From: Octopus vulgaris
Taxonomy: Eukaryota
Assembly: GCA_951406725.2 (NCBI GenBank)
Contig: OX597842.1
Coordinates: 2,232,001 to 2,296,000 of the forward strand
Reading direction: 5' to 3'
Length of the DNA: 64,000 nucleotides
The notes below the pieces were generated by a model. The model saw only the letters and a program-made list of their open reading frames with translations, made no database searches and was not told where the DNA came from. This document shows, piece after piece, positions 27,190 through 41,351 of the stretch; the first letter of the stretch is position 1; every line of letters begins with the position of its first letter. The translations under genes were made by a program, and so were the position numbers.

Positions 27190-28510
27190 CAGTGGTGGAC
27201 GTGGTGGTGTTTGTTGTTGTAATGGTGGTGGTAGTAATGATGGTGGAGATGGCACTGGTGGTGATAATGGTATTTATGTTTGTGGTGGTGATTATGGTGA
27301 TGATAGTGATAATGGTTGTGGTAGTGGTAGCGATGGTACCAATAGTGGTTTTGTGGTGGTGGTGGTGGTTGTGGTGATGGTAATGGTTGTTCTTGCTGTA
27401 GTGGTGTTGGTGGTGATGATGATGATGGTGAAAGTGGTAGTGGTGATTGTGGCAATGATGATGATGATGTGGTTTGGTGATGATGATGATGATGATGTTG
27501 TTGGTAGTGATGGTGGTGGTGATGTTTGTTGTGGTAGTGGTGGTGGTGGTGGTGGTGGTGATGATGTTGGTAGTGATAGTGATGTTTGTTGTGGTAGTGT
27601 TTATTGATGATGATGATGGTGGAAGTGGTAGTAGTGATTGTGGCAATGATGATGATGATGGTGGTGGTAGTTGTGGTTTGGTGACGGTGGTCATGATAGT
27701 GGTGATGATGATGATGTTGGTAGTGATGGTGGTGGTGATGTTTGTTGTGGTAGTGGTGGTGGTGGTGGTGGTGGTGGTGATGATGATGTTGGTAGTGATG
27801 GTGATGTTTGTTGTGGTAGTGTTTATTGATGATGATGATGGTGGTAGTGATGGTGGTGGTGATGTTGGTAGTGATGGTGGTGGTGATGGTGGTGGTGGTG
27901 GTGGTGGTGGTGGTGGTTGTGGTGGTGTTGATGGTGCCAGAGTCAATGGCATAGAATACAGAATCAGAGGGAAACCAGCTGGACAACAATTCAAATCTAT
28001 ATGCAAAGACGGAACTGGAGAGAATGGCGTGTAGGGAATACCGATGAGAAGAGACATGAGATGTCAGAGGGAAGGATGGGGTGGGAGTCTGCGGCAGGGT
28101 TGGTGGAGGGGCACATAGATGGTTACCACCACCACCACCACCACCACTCTTAACACTACCACCTCCATTAGCATTGCCAACAACACCTACACCACTACAA
28201 CCATCAACCACTACCACCACCAACAGCATCAAACCCCCCTCTCTCCAACACTCCCACCATCATCACCACCACCACCATCAACAACAACAACAACAACAAC
28301 AGCATCATCACCACCACCACCACCACTACCACCCTCTCCAACACACCCAGCACCACCAACACCACCACCACCAAACCAATACCACTATCATCACAGTCAC
28401 TAGGACCAACACTGCTACCACCTTCACCACCACCTTCACGTCCACCCACCCAACCACCACCACCACCACCTTCACAACTACTTCCATCACTACCACCTCC
28501 CCTACCACCT
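27190..28510. repeat. (GGT/GAT)n then (CAC)n low-complexity field around a short unique island (27935-28120)
   Basis: Triplet runs; ORF 27075..28232 is a His/Thr homopolymer. Confidence 0.88.
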
Positions 28511-29189
28511 CTCTCAGTCTGTCTGTCTGTCTTTCTCCCTCTATTTCTTTCTCTTTCTCTCTGTCTTTCTCTCTCTATTTCTCTCTCTCTCTCTCTCTCA
28601 GCCTCTCTGCCATATTGTTTCTGTTTATCTCTCTCTCATCCTTTCCCCCTTCCATCTACCTCTCTCTTCCCCCCTTTGTCTACCTCCCTCTCTCACTTCC
28701 TGTCTGTTTCACCCCCTCCCTCCTCTCTGTTGTTTACCTCGATGTCACCTGTCAATATTGAGCTGACCTATGGTCAAAGGCATTCCAGCCTTGACCCTCC
28801 CATCTGTTTATATGCAAAACAGATTCCTTTTTGATGTCAAACACAAGCATTTAGTTCAGGACTTTCCACGCATTTTCTAATCGCAACTCTTGACCCCTTT
28901 TCTCCAACTAACACTCTTCTAACTCTCCCCACCCCTGCTACAATTCAACCCCCCCCCCACCCAACCATTTCCATTGTACATACATCTAATATCAGGTCCC
29001 TCTCAAGTGCTACTGGTAACATGTAGCCAAGTTCAACTTGCCACATGGTCAGCTCGGTGACTAATCTGATAACACCACCCAGCTTGTTTGGTGAGGAGGG
29101 TCATTATTGGACATCCTACAGGATGAAAAGACAAAATCCGTCAAAAAGCAGAGGAACTCAAAAGAGCCAGTGGTCATCCAATAATGTGT

Positions 29190-29350
29190 GAGGGCATGTA
29201 GCCTAGTGGTTAGGGTGTTGCTCTCATGACTAGGAGATCATGGGTTCAAATTCTGGACTGGTTGTGTGTTGTGTTCTTGAGCTAAATACTTTATTTCACA
29301 TAGCACTGGTTCACACAACTGTAAATGGGTGACTTTGCAATGGATTGGTA
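29190..29350 (+). mobile_element. tRNA-derived SINE head (family B-like)
   Basis: A-box-like tagcctagtggttagg, B-box-like gggttcaaattct, then ttgtgttcttgagc as at ~1195. Confidence 0.7.
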
Positions 29351-29385
29351 TATGAGGTGGTATCAAAAAATTTCAGGACTAGTTA

Positions 29386-29802
29386 CTCTTTACTCTTTTA
29401 CTTGTTTCAGTCACTTGACTGCGGCCATGCTGGAGCACCACCTCTAGTCGAGGAAATCGACCCCAGGACTTATTCTTTGTAAGCCCAGTACTTATTCTAT
29501 CAGTCTCATTTGCCGAACCGCTAAGTTACAGAGACGTAAACACACCAGCATCGGTTGTCAAGCGATGTTGGGGGGACAAACACAAACACACAAACATATA
29601 CACACACACACATGTATATATATATATACATACATATATACGATGGGCTTCTTTCAGTTTCCGTCTACCAAATCCACTCACAAGGCTTTGGTCGGCCCGA
29701 GGCTATAGTAGAAGACACTTGCCCAAGGTGCCATGCAGTGGGACTGAACCCGGAACCATGTGGTTGGTAAGCAAGCTACTTACCACACAGCCACACCTAC
29801 GC
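29386..29802 (-). mobile_element. SINE family A, full length, TSD ctagtta
   Basis: ctagtta at 29379-29385 and 29803-29809. Confidence 0.92.
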
Positions 29803-29959
29803 CTAGTTATGTTTAGTAAAAAAAATAACTTATTTACCTAAAAGAGTATTGTAGTTTGCTTGAAGCATTGCGTGTTGTTTGTAGAGAATAAAAAACTTTG
29901 AATGGTACAACGATGCACCAGAATACAAACAATGGTCTATGTAAGGAGGAGGAGGAGAC

Positions 29960-30268
29960 CCCCTTCAGTCATGACTGAGCCTGGGATCGCACCTAGAAAG
30001 TTACCCTCCCAGGCACAAATCCAGGCAAGGCTGTTTATGTAAGACCAGCAGTCGTCCATGCATACCAGCCTCCCCTCTCCACGCCACCAGTGTTATCCAA
30101 GGGAAAGACAAAGGCCGATACAGCTTGGCACCAGTGATGTCACAACTCATTTCTATAGCTGAGTGAACTGGAACAACGTGAAATAAAGTGTCTTGCTCAA
30201 GAACACAACACACAGCCCGGTCTGGGAATTGAACTCACAACCTCACAGTCGTAAGCTTGATGCTCTAA
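29960..30268 (-). mobile_element. SINE family B
   Basis: Reverse complement of 1130-1450. Confidence 0.85.
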
Positions 30269-30377
30269 CTGTTGTAATTTAGTCATCCATAGTCTGATAA
30301 TATTTCAGAAGAATATCTGAAGAAGGAATTTTATTCTGAAATATCATATCAGACTACGGATGACTAACTTACAACAG
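30269..30377. repeat. Short inverted repeat with a hammerhead-like core (30317-30350)
   Basis: ctgttgtaatttagtcatccatagtctgata / tatcagactacggatgactaacttacaacag; CTGAAGA-aggaat.ttt.attct-GAAA-tatcata-TC. Confidence 0.6.
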
Positions 30378-31389
30378 GTATATAGCCCATTGTTTGTATT
30401 ATAGTGTATTGTTGTACCATTCAAAATTTTTTATTCTTTATTTGCCTAAGTTTTATCATCATCTCCTTTGAAATAGCCACTTTGCACAGCAATACACTGG
30501 TCCCAGCAGTCCTACCACTTTTGGAATTTGGACCTTCTTTGAGGACTTTCTGTCAAGGACCTTCTGTGATTCACTCAGGATCTCAGAAGTGGTGTTAAAG
30601 CAGTGATCTTTGAGCTGTATTTTCATTTTGGGGAAGAGATGGTACTAAATCTGGCAAATAGGGCAGATGGGAAAGCTAAACCATGTTGTTTTTGGTGAGA
30701 AACTCACGACTGAGGAGAACTCAGTGACTGGCTGCGTTGTTGTCATGACGACTCCAATTCTTTGTACTCCACAGATCCGGGCATTTTCACTGAATGTTTT
30801 CCCCCCAACACTTCAAAACATCACAGTAGAACTCTGGATTGACAGTCTGACCCTGGGGGATGAAGTCTCAATGTACAATACCACATTTCCAGGGGCGATG
30901 CTCATGGCAGATCTTCGAGAGCACTCACTGCCTTCCATGGGATGTTCTGTTTTTTGAAGCTCCCGTACCACTTGAAACATTAAATACAACACATTGCTTT
31001 GTCACCATAAGCTTGCCAAAGCATGCTCAATGCCTCTGTAGCAGACTTCCCAAGTTTAATGCAAAATTTCACATTGGCTCTTTGATCCTATCCATGATAA
31101 AATTGCAGACTACAGCATGCAAATGATCAAAAAAAGAAAACCAAATTTCAGAACTTGGGAAGTAAACACAGCAATGTCACTCAGCACACTGCCTCATGAA
31201 GGTCACTGCTAGCTCTCACTGTGCATGCAGCCATGTGCTGCCATCTGTTGGTGTACTACAGAATTAGTCCGGAAACTTTTTGATATCACCCCATACAGTG
31301 TTTTTTATTAGGGTGTCCAGAAAATTCTGAGTCTTTTAATATGCAAAAAAGGATATAAATAATTGACCTTTCAGTGAATTTTATTCAAT

Positions 31390-32360
31390 GAAATAATCTC
31401 TGTTATTATTAATGACCTTTGCTCATCTCTCAGGCAATTTAAATATTCCGTCAGCATAAAATTTGACTGGTCTTGAAGAAAAAACGTTATCAAAATGCAT
31501 TTTGACTCCATCTAAATCGTTAAATGTTTTTCCTTGCAATGAGTTCTGTAGAGACAAAAGCAAGTGGTAGTCAGTGCAATATCAGGAGAAAAGGGTGGAT
31601 GGGGTCAGAGGTCCCAGCCAAGTTCATGTAACTGTGTTCAGGTAGCCAAAAACAGGTTTGGTTAAGCATTGTCTTGTTAAAACACTGCCTTTTTCCTGTT
31701 GACAATCTCCAACCTTAGTTCTTTGATTTTTTGGTTCCAATTAGCTAAAAGACAACAGTACACATCAGAATTAATTGTCTAGTTTTGTGGAAGAAGCTCA
31801 TAATAAATAATACCTTTATGATTCCACCACACACAAAACAGCTTTTTGGCATGGATATTCAACTTTGGTTGCTTTTTTTGGAATCCTTATGCAAGCTCCT
31901 GGATCTTTTCCACACAATCCATTTTTCATTTCCAGACCCATGTTGTTTCAAAAAAGACATTACTTTCATCCCGTTTCAAACACATATCACAAATGAAAAA
32001 CCGGTCCAAGCAATTCTTTTCTGAGAGTTTGTGAGGGATCCATACATTATAGCAAGAAATGTATCCTTGCTTCACTAGGGGTTCATGAGCCATACTTTTA
32101 GAAACTTGCGACCTCTCTGCAAGTTCTCTAGTTGTGATATTTGAGTTTTCTTTGATTACTGCCTTCAAAACATCTTCATCCAATTTTGAAGGTCTTCCAC
32201 TGCAACTATCATCTTCCAAGCTAAACTCTCCAGCTTCAAACAGTTGATTCACCTTCAGCATCATCATCACCGTAAACTTCTCAAATGTTTTTGCAAGTCT
32301 TTGCATCATTTTCTCCTTTTTCAAAAAAGAAAAAACATTACAACGCGAATATGAAATTTT
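31390..32360 (-). pseudogene. Mariner transposase pseudogene
   Basis: ORF 31926..32324 has SGRP and WIPHKL (WVPHEL motif). Downstream frames give CVWWNHKGIIYYELLP, QDNA and HPPFSPDIA (YSPDL motif), with stops and frameshifts. Confidence 0.92.
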
Positions 32361-32387
32361 TGGTTATCTATTTTAAATGTCAACAAA

Positions 32388-32782
32388 GGTGCAGGAGTGG
32401 CTGTGTGGTAAGTAGCTTGCTTACCATCCACATGGTTCCGGGTTCAGTCCCACTGCGTGGCATCTTGGGCAAGTGTCTTCTGCTATAGCCCCGGGCCGAC
32501 CAACGCCTTGTGAGTGGATTTGGTAGACAGAAACTGAAAGAAGCCTGTCATATATATGTATATATATGTGTGTGTGTGTGTTTTTGTTTGTCCCCCTAGC
32601 ATTGCTTGACAACCGATGCTGGTGTGTTTACATCCCTGTCACTTAGCGGTTCGGCAAAAGAGACCGATAGAATAAGTACTGGGCTTACAAAAGAATAAGT
32701 CCCGGGGTCGATTTGCTCGACTAAAGGCGGTGCTCCAGCATGGCCACAGTCAAATGACTGAAAAGTGTAAAAGAGTAAAGAG
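32388..32782 (+). mobile_element. SINE family A inserted in mariner 2
   Basis: Full-length match to the consensus. Confidence 0.92.
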
Positions 32783-32959
32783 TGAAGTGTAACCGGAATG
32801 AAAGATAAATCTATTTTTAGTCAGGAACAAAGAAGAGATGTACTACCACTTCAAGCAATGCCAAAGTTGTGTGTTAAATTTCAGGTGTGTTCAATGAGGC
32901 ATTTAAAGATTTAGCTTAAAAACGCTGAGGACTTTCTGGAAAACCTAATAAACTTTTCG

Positions 32960-33349
32960 ACTAAAGGCACAAGACCTGAAAATTTGGGGGAAGGGGCAAG
33001 TCAATTATACCGACCCAGTACTCAACTAGTACTTAATTTATTGACCCCAAAAGGATGAAAGGCAAATTCGACCTCGGCGGAATTTGAACTCAGAATGTAG
33101 TGGCAGACGAAATACCTATTTCTTTACTACCCACAAGGGGCTAAACACAGAGAGGACAAACAAGGATAGATAAATGGATTACGTCAATTATGTCGACCCC
33201 AGTGCGTAACTGGTACTTATTTAATCGACCCCGAAAGGATGAAACACAAAGCCGACCTTGGCGGAATTTGAACTCAGAATGTAGCAGCACATGAAATACT
33301 GCTAAGCATTTCTTCAGGTGTGCTAACAATTCTGCCGGCTCACTGCCTT
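32960..33349 (-). mobile_element. SINE family D, two nested or tandem copies
   Basis: gaccccgaaaggatgaaaggcaaagtcgacctcggcggaatttgaactcagaa-type motif twice; tRNA-like head on the minus strand; same family at 56848. Confidence 0.88.
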
Positions 33350-33485
33350 CTTGAAAAACTAATAATAGTCTGTCGTAAAGGAACTTTCATCTGATGAAAT
33401 TCTGCCACTAATAAACTAGTAGAAATAGGAACCAAATCTCTCATAAATCTACATTCTCTTGTTTTATATATATACTCTCTCTCTC

Positions 33486-33892
33486 TCTTTTACTTGTTTC
33501 AGTCATTTGACTGTGGCCATGCTGGAGCACCACCTTTTGGTTGAGCAAATCGACCCCAGGACTTATTCTTTGTAAGCCTAGTACTTATTCTATCAGTCTC
33601 TTTCGCCGAACAGGGATGTAAACACACCAGCATCGGTTGTTAAGCGATGTTGGGGGAACAAACACAGACACACAAACATACACACACACACACACACGTA
33701 CACATATATATATAGAGAGACATATATACGATGGGCTTCTTTCGGTTTCCGTCTACCAAATCTACTCACAAGACTTTGGTCGGCCCAAGGCTATAGTAGA
33801 AGACACTTGCCCAAGGTGCCACGAAGTGGGAATGAACCCAGAACCATGTGGTTGGTAAGCAAGCTACTTACCACACAGCCACTCCTACGCCT
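33486..33892 (-). mobile_element. SINE family A, full length
   Basis: Matches the consensus. Confidence 0.92.
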
Positions 33893-35049
33893 ATATGTAT
33901 ATGTTTTATTTTTTACTTGTTTTGTTTTTGGCATAAGATAATCATTGAAGGAAGGGACTGAAATTAAGACTTGATGGGCATGGATGGAGTTCCTTGCATT
34001 ATAGGTCTACTGCTGGGACTAAACAGCATCAAGATTGCTACAACCACCACCACAACATTATCACCACCACAGCCACCTCCAGCACCATCACCACTACGAC
34101 AACGACCACTACCACCACTACTACTACCATCACCACCAACCATTGCTTTCACCTCCACTACCACCACTATCACTAAAACCACCGCCACAACCATCATTAT
34201 CACCACCACGACAACCATCACCACTACCACCACCACCACCAACCATTACCATCACCACATCCACTACTGCCACTCTCACCATTACCATCACCACATCTAC
34301 TACCACCATCACCACTACCACCACTGCCATCACTACTACTACTACTACTACCACCACCACCACCACCACCTTCATCACCATCACCTCCACTACCACCTGC
34401 ACCACCACCTCCACTAGATCCACTGTCTTCAAAACCACTTGCTAAAAGTCACGTAATCTTTCCTGTCTTTTAGGCAGACGAAGGTGGCGGCGGTGGTGGT
34501 GGTGGTGGTAGTGGTGGTGGTGGAGTAGAGCATGATGGCAGTTGTTAAGATGTTACCCTGAGGGGGTGGTGGAGGAGGAGACGAGAGTTTGCTGATGAAA
34601 GACCAAATCTTTTGGCTTGAAGAGGTTGAAAGGGAGTCAGGGAGAGAGAGACAGAGAGAGAGAGAGGCTCATCCACACACAGACACAGATACACACAAAC
34701 ACACAGAAATGCATGCGCATGCACGTTTAATTACACATACATACGCATGCACACACACATGCAAGCAAGCACGCACGCGTGCGCGCGCGCGTCACCGCTG
34801 TGTGCGACTATTGTGATTTCGCGACAGCGTTTTGCATTCAAATCAAACCCTTTCCTTCGGCTAACAACAATAGCTGAACGAATGATTTGATTGAGCAGAT
34901 CATGATGTTAGCCGATGTCGTGGTGGCCTGTGCGTCGTTGCTAATGTTGTTGTTGGGGAGCGTGTTGATTGTTGCCTTCGTGCGGCCATCATAATAGAGC
35001 CAGCGTGAAAGTTATGTTCTAAGATATGCTGCACAAATGCTCTAACCAC

Positions 35050-35948
35050 CCCCTACTCTCTCTCTCTCTCTCTCTGTCTTTGTTTCACACACACACACAC
35101 ACACACACACATTTTCAGGCACATATACAAACACATACGAACTCACATACTTATACACGTAAAAACATGCATGTAGAAAACGCATGCATATATATATACT
35201 ATATGCATACATGCATTCATATGTTATCACACATGCATATACATACAGGTGCACACTCACACATACAGACAAACATTTAGACATATATACATATATATAT
35301 ACATGTATATATATATATACTCACACACACACACATACATTGAGGCACATATACAAACACGTACAAACTCATATATTTATACACGTAAACACACGCATGA
35401 AGAAAACGCATGCATATATATATATATACTATATGCATACATATATTGTCTCATATGCATACACATGCATTCATATGTTATCACACATGCATATACATAC
35501 AGGTGCACACTCACACATGCAGACAAACATTTAGACTTATACATACACACACACACATATATACTCACACACACACATATATAGTCACACACACACATAT
35601 ATATACTCACACATAGAAAACACAAACGCACACACTTATTAAAGCATTCATGTACTGTCACATATTTGTCGATACACACACTGTCAAACATTCTTATAAA
35701 TGTGTGTATGTGTGTATATGTATATGTATATATATATGTATATGTATATGTATATATATGTATATGTATGTATATATGTATATATGTATATATATGTGTA
35801 TATATATATATATGTGTATATGTATATATATATATATGTATATATATATATGTGTATATGTATATATATATATGTATATGTGTATATGTATATGTATATA
35901 TATATATGTGTATGTGTATATATATATGTGTATGTGTATATATATGTG

Positions 35949-35982
<34 letters not shown>

Positions 35983-36062
35983 TATATGTATATATATATA
36001 TATATGTGTATATGTATATATATATATATGTGTATGTGTATATATATATATATGTGTATGTG

Positions 36063-36095
<33 letters not shown>

Positions 36096-37453
36096 GCACA
36101 TATAGATATTTGTATATACACCTGTGCCCAAGCATGCATACATGCACACACACACATATTCCTATATTGTCACACAATCATCAACATACAGTTGAACATT
36201 ATCACTTACATGTACACACACATACATCTGTGCTTACACACACATACATATATATATATATACACACACACACATATATATGTATACACATTTACATAAT
36301 CCCTCACACATATACATTTAAATAATGAATAATTGCTTACACACACACACATGCATACACACACACACAAACACCCACGTATATACCTATATACTCTCAC
36401 CGAATTATACATACATTTAAACTTTCTTATACACACACTTGCACTTATATACACATACCTGTTCACACACATACTTACATACATGCATTCACATAATGAC
36501 ACACACACACCTCTGATGTTCATTTATACACACTCTGATATATACACACATACTTATATACATATGATTACGCAGACAAGTTAAGCATATGTACACACAG
36601 TCACACACAAAGACAATACTATGCAAACACACACATTAGCTATCACGCATATACACATGCAATATCAAAACACACACACACACACACCTGATCACACAAA
36701 TGCACATTCAATCACACACGCACACATCCACACACAATCACACATGCCCAGTCATACACATAATCACACACACACAATCACACATACACGCTCAGTCTCA
36801 TGCAAACACACACTACTCATATAAATGCATACACATACATACACACACGCATGCACACGCATCTATGCACACACACACACATCTACATACACAAACACAC
36901 TCAAGTGTTAGAATACACACATATGTGCGTCCATATGTATGAACATACAAACACATTCAACTATTGACATACCTATACACACACACACACACACATCACC
37001 ACACACATACATACTTAGTACACACGCACACACACATTCTTCTAGACACGTGCACATGCACACACATTCACACACACAAACACAGAGACATCCACATACA
37101 GACACAGGCATCAACATACACACACATCCAAACACACGCACATGCTTCTACGTAGGCAAATACAACTCTATATATACACACTTGCATATCAACATACATA
37201 TTCATATACGTGCACACACACATATCTACACACTCAGCATAGACATGCACACACATAACAAACTATGCACACACACACACACATACCCAACCGTATACAT
37301 CCACATACAACCAACACACACACACTTATAAACAACCATACTCACACACATAAGTCCAACCATACACAAATACACACACACACACACATAGCTAACCATG
37401 TACATCCACATACAACCAACTAACACACACACACTTATAAACAACTATACTCA

Positions 37454-37494
<41 letters not shown>

Positions 37495-37680
37495 ATAAAC
37501 GACCATACTCACACACATACGTCCAACCATACACAAATACACAAACACACACACACTTATAAACAACTATACTCACACACATACGTCCAACCATACACAA
37601 ATACACACACACACATACACACACGCACATGCATGCATACACACGCACACACACACACACACCAACCATCATACCCACAC
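35050..37680. repeat. (CA)n/(TA)n/(TATG)n field with local tandem duplications (35113-35290 vs 35341-35535; minisatellite at 37270-37620)
   Basis: aggcacatatacaaacac...tgcattcatatgttatcacacatgc...agacaaacatttagac occurs twice; acacttataaacaactatactcacacacat-type unit occurs 4 times. Confidence 0.88.
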
Positions 37681-37879
37681 ACCTCATATCCCTCATACGC
37701 CATGTACAGCACAGCCGCCATTTGTATGTTTTTCAAAAAGGTTTGTGACGGCGTTTTTTTCGTGATTTTTCCTCATCTCTAAGGAGACTTTGATGCTCCT
37801 TTGATGTATTAACAGTGGGGGGGAGGAGGCCTGTTTTTGTTTTTTAGCATTTAGCATTCTCCTCGGTTATATGCCGTAT

Positions 37880-38850
<971 letters not shown>

Positions 38851-39127
38851 GTGTTGGAGTTATATTTGTTTAACAAGTGACTCCATCAGAACCCATGTGT
38901 TGAAAATGAAACTCTTACAAACCGACTGAGTCAAAGCCATTGAAGAACACAAGAGAAAGAAGAATCAGAAAAAGAAGAAGAAAAAAAAAGCAACAAGAAG
39001 AACAAACCATTTCACTTGCTTTTCATTTATTTCGTGAAATGATGAATTAAAACCTGTCTTTTGACTGCTCACATTGGTTGCAACAAATGATCAAAATAGC
39101 ATTGACACACATATATATATATATGTT

Positions 39128-39158
<31 letters not shown>

Positions 39159-39176
39159 GTTAGTGTGTATATATAG

Positions 39177-39774
39177 TCTTTTACTCTTTTACTTGTTTCA
39201 GTCATTTGACTGTGGCCATGTTGGAGCACTGCCTTTAGTCGAGCAAATCGACGCCAGGACTTGTTCTTTATAAGCCCAGTACTTATTCTATTGGTCTCTT
39301 TTGCCGAACAGCTAGGTTATGGGGGCGTAAACACACCAGCATCAGTTGTCAAGCGATGTTGGGAGGACAAACACAGACACACAAATATATATATACATAT
39401 ATAAAATGGGCTCCTTTCAGTTTCCGCCTACCAAATCCACTCACAAGGCTTAGGTCCGCCCGAGACTATACTAGAAGACACTTGCCCAATGTGCCACGCA
39501 GTGGGACTGAACTCATAACCATATGGTTGGTAAGCAAGCTACTTACCACTCAGCCACTCCTATGCCTATGTATATATATATATGTTTTATTTTTTGTTTT
39601 AGTCATTAGGCTGTGGCCATGCTTGAAGAGTGCCTTGAAGAATTTTAATTGAACCAATCGACACCAGCACTTATTCTGTTGGTGTCTTTTGCTGAACCAC
39701 TAAGTTATGGGGATGTAAACACACCAGCACTGTTTGTTCAGCGGTGGTGGATGACAAACACAGGCAGACAGATG

Positions 39775-39812
<38 letters not shown>

Positions 39813-40015
39813 CACACACACACACATTCTTTTATTCGGTTCAGATATTTGAAAATGGCAATACTGGAGCACCAGAAATCGATCCCCCCCAGGACTTTGT
39901 CTTTGTAGGCCTAGTGCTTATTCTGTTGGTCACTATTGCCGAACTATTAGTTACAGGGATGTAAACATACCAACATTGGTTGTCAAGTGATGGTGGGCAA
40001 GGGACAAACACACAC
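39177..40015 (-). mobile_element. Three adjacent SINE family A copies: full 39177-39567, partial 39597-39780 and 39860-40015
   Basis: Match the consensus. Confidence 0.85.
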
Positions 40016-40050
40016 ACATAAATACACCCCCCACCACACACACATATATA

Positions 40051-40535
40051 ATAATAAGATTAGAAAATAGAGAGGTAATTAATAAATTATTATTTATTAA
40101 TTAAAAAAAAATTGAGAAACATCCCTACAGCTGTTTCAATTCCAGACCTTCAGAAAATTAATTAATTAAATTAAAAGTTATCTTAATGTTGAATCCCTTC
40201 AGAGGTAGTTAAAGATATACAAAATTAGTTGTTCAATTCCTGCATGTTGTGTAAATGGCTGAAAACCGTTAACTCATAAAATTTATACATGAAGAACCTA
40301 GTATAAAAATGGTAGAGCCTTTAGAAGGGGAGTAAGGTTGTGTATGCTGGAGTTGTACACATATTTTGTATATCTTTATCTACCTCTGAAGAGATTCGGT
40401 TTTCAAATAATTTTTAATTTAATTTATTAATTTTCTGAAGGTCTGGAATTGAAACAGCTGTAAGGGATGTTTGTCAATTTTTTAATTAATAAATAATAAT
40501 TTATTAATTACCTCTCTATTTTCTCATCTTATTAT
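40051..40535. mobile_element. Inverted pair of PLE-like terminal repeats with hammerhead motifs (plus copy 40383-40465)
   Basis: Arms ~40051-40245 and ~40345-40535; cct-CTGAAGA-gattc..gaatt-GAAA-cagctg-TA-agg. Confidence 0.7.
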
Positions 40536-40698
40536 AATAGATAAATATATATAAACCATGGTTTATGTATCTACCTTACAGTTGAGTATTAAATGTAATG
40601 TCCAATAGTCTTTGTATAAGTAACCAACCAATACTTTTATAGGCTCTTGCTATCCATCAGTGAGGTTTGCAACCTTTAATTGTGCTTTCTCTCTCTCT

Positions 40699-40735
<37 letters not shown>

Positions 40736-40959
40736 TCTTTGCCATTATACAAAGTATCGTAAGTCCAAAACATTGCTTTTTCAGAAAATGAAAACATATT
40801 TTCACCATTCCATAGCAAAACTGTTATACTACACTTTGACATCTGAAGCAGCTGGAGATATGATAGTTTGACCAAAAGAACCGGCTATTGGAAGTAAAAA
40901 TAAATATTGAAAAATACACATTTGGACATATGATCAGTTTAACATAATAGCAATGATAT

Positions 40960-41351
40960 ACTCTTTTACTCTTTTACTTGTTTCAGTCATTTGACTGCAG
41001 CCATACTGGAGCACCGCCTTTAATCGAGCAACTCGACCCTGGGACTTATTCTTTTGTAAGCCTAGTACTTATTCTATCGGTCTCTTTTGCCGAACCGCTA
41101 AGTAACGGGGACATAGACACACCAGCATCGGTTGTCAAGCAATGCTAAGGGGACAAACACACACACGCATATATATATACATATATATGATGGGCTTCTT
41201 TCAGTTTCCGTCTACCAAATCCACTCACAAGGCTTTGGTCAGCCCGAGGCTATAGTAGAAGACACTTGCCCAAGGTGCCACGCAGTGGGACTGAACCCGG
41301 AACCATATGGTTGGTTAGCAAGCTACTTACCATACAGCCACTCCTACGCCT
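40960..41351 (-). mobile_element. SINE family A, full length
   Basis: Matches the consensus. Confidence 0.92.

Larger units (their letters stand above)
29353..31293 (-). mobile_element. Decayed mariner element 1, internally deleted, with nested insertions
   Basis: TA-flanked TIRs tgaggtggtatcaaaaaatttcaggactag / ttagtccggaaactttttgatatcacccca. Minus strand 30445-30780 translates PDLWSTKNWSRHDNNAASH..REFLTKNNMV..HLPYLPDLVP..KMKIQLK..WDQCIAVQSGYFKGD, a mariner transposase C-terminus. Confidence 0.88.
31308..32948 (-). mobile_element. Decayed mariner element 2, near full length
   Basis: TA-flanked TIRs ttagggtgtccagaaaatt / actttctggaaaacctaa; contains a transposase pseudogene. Confidence 0.9.

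Noticed and set aside
27075-28232. 385 aa His/Thr-rich ORF, the longest in the track
   Set aside because: CAC/CAT triplet repeat; overlapping frames are equally open.
33390-33430. CTGATGA...GAAA motif
   Set aside because: No convincing stem I or III and no UH site.
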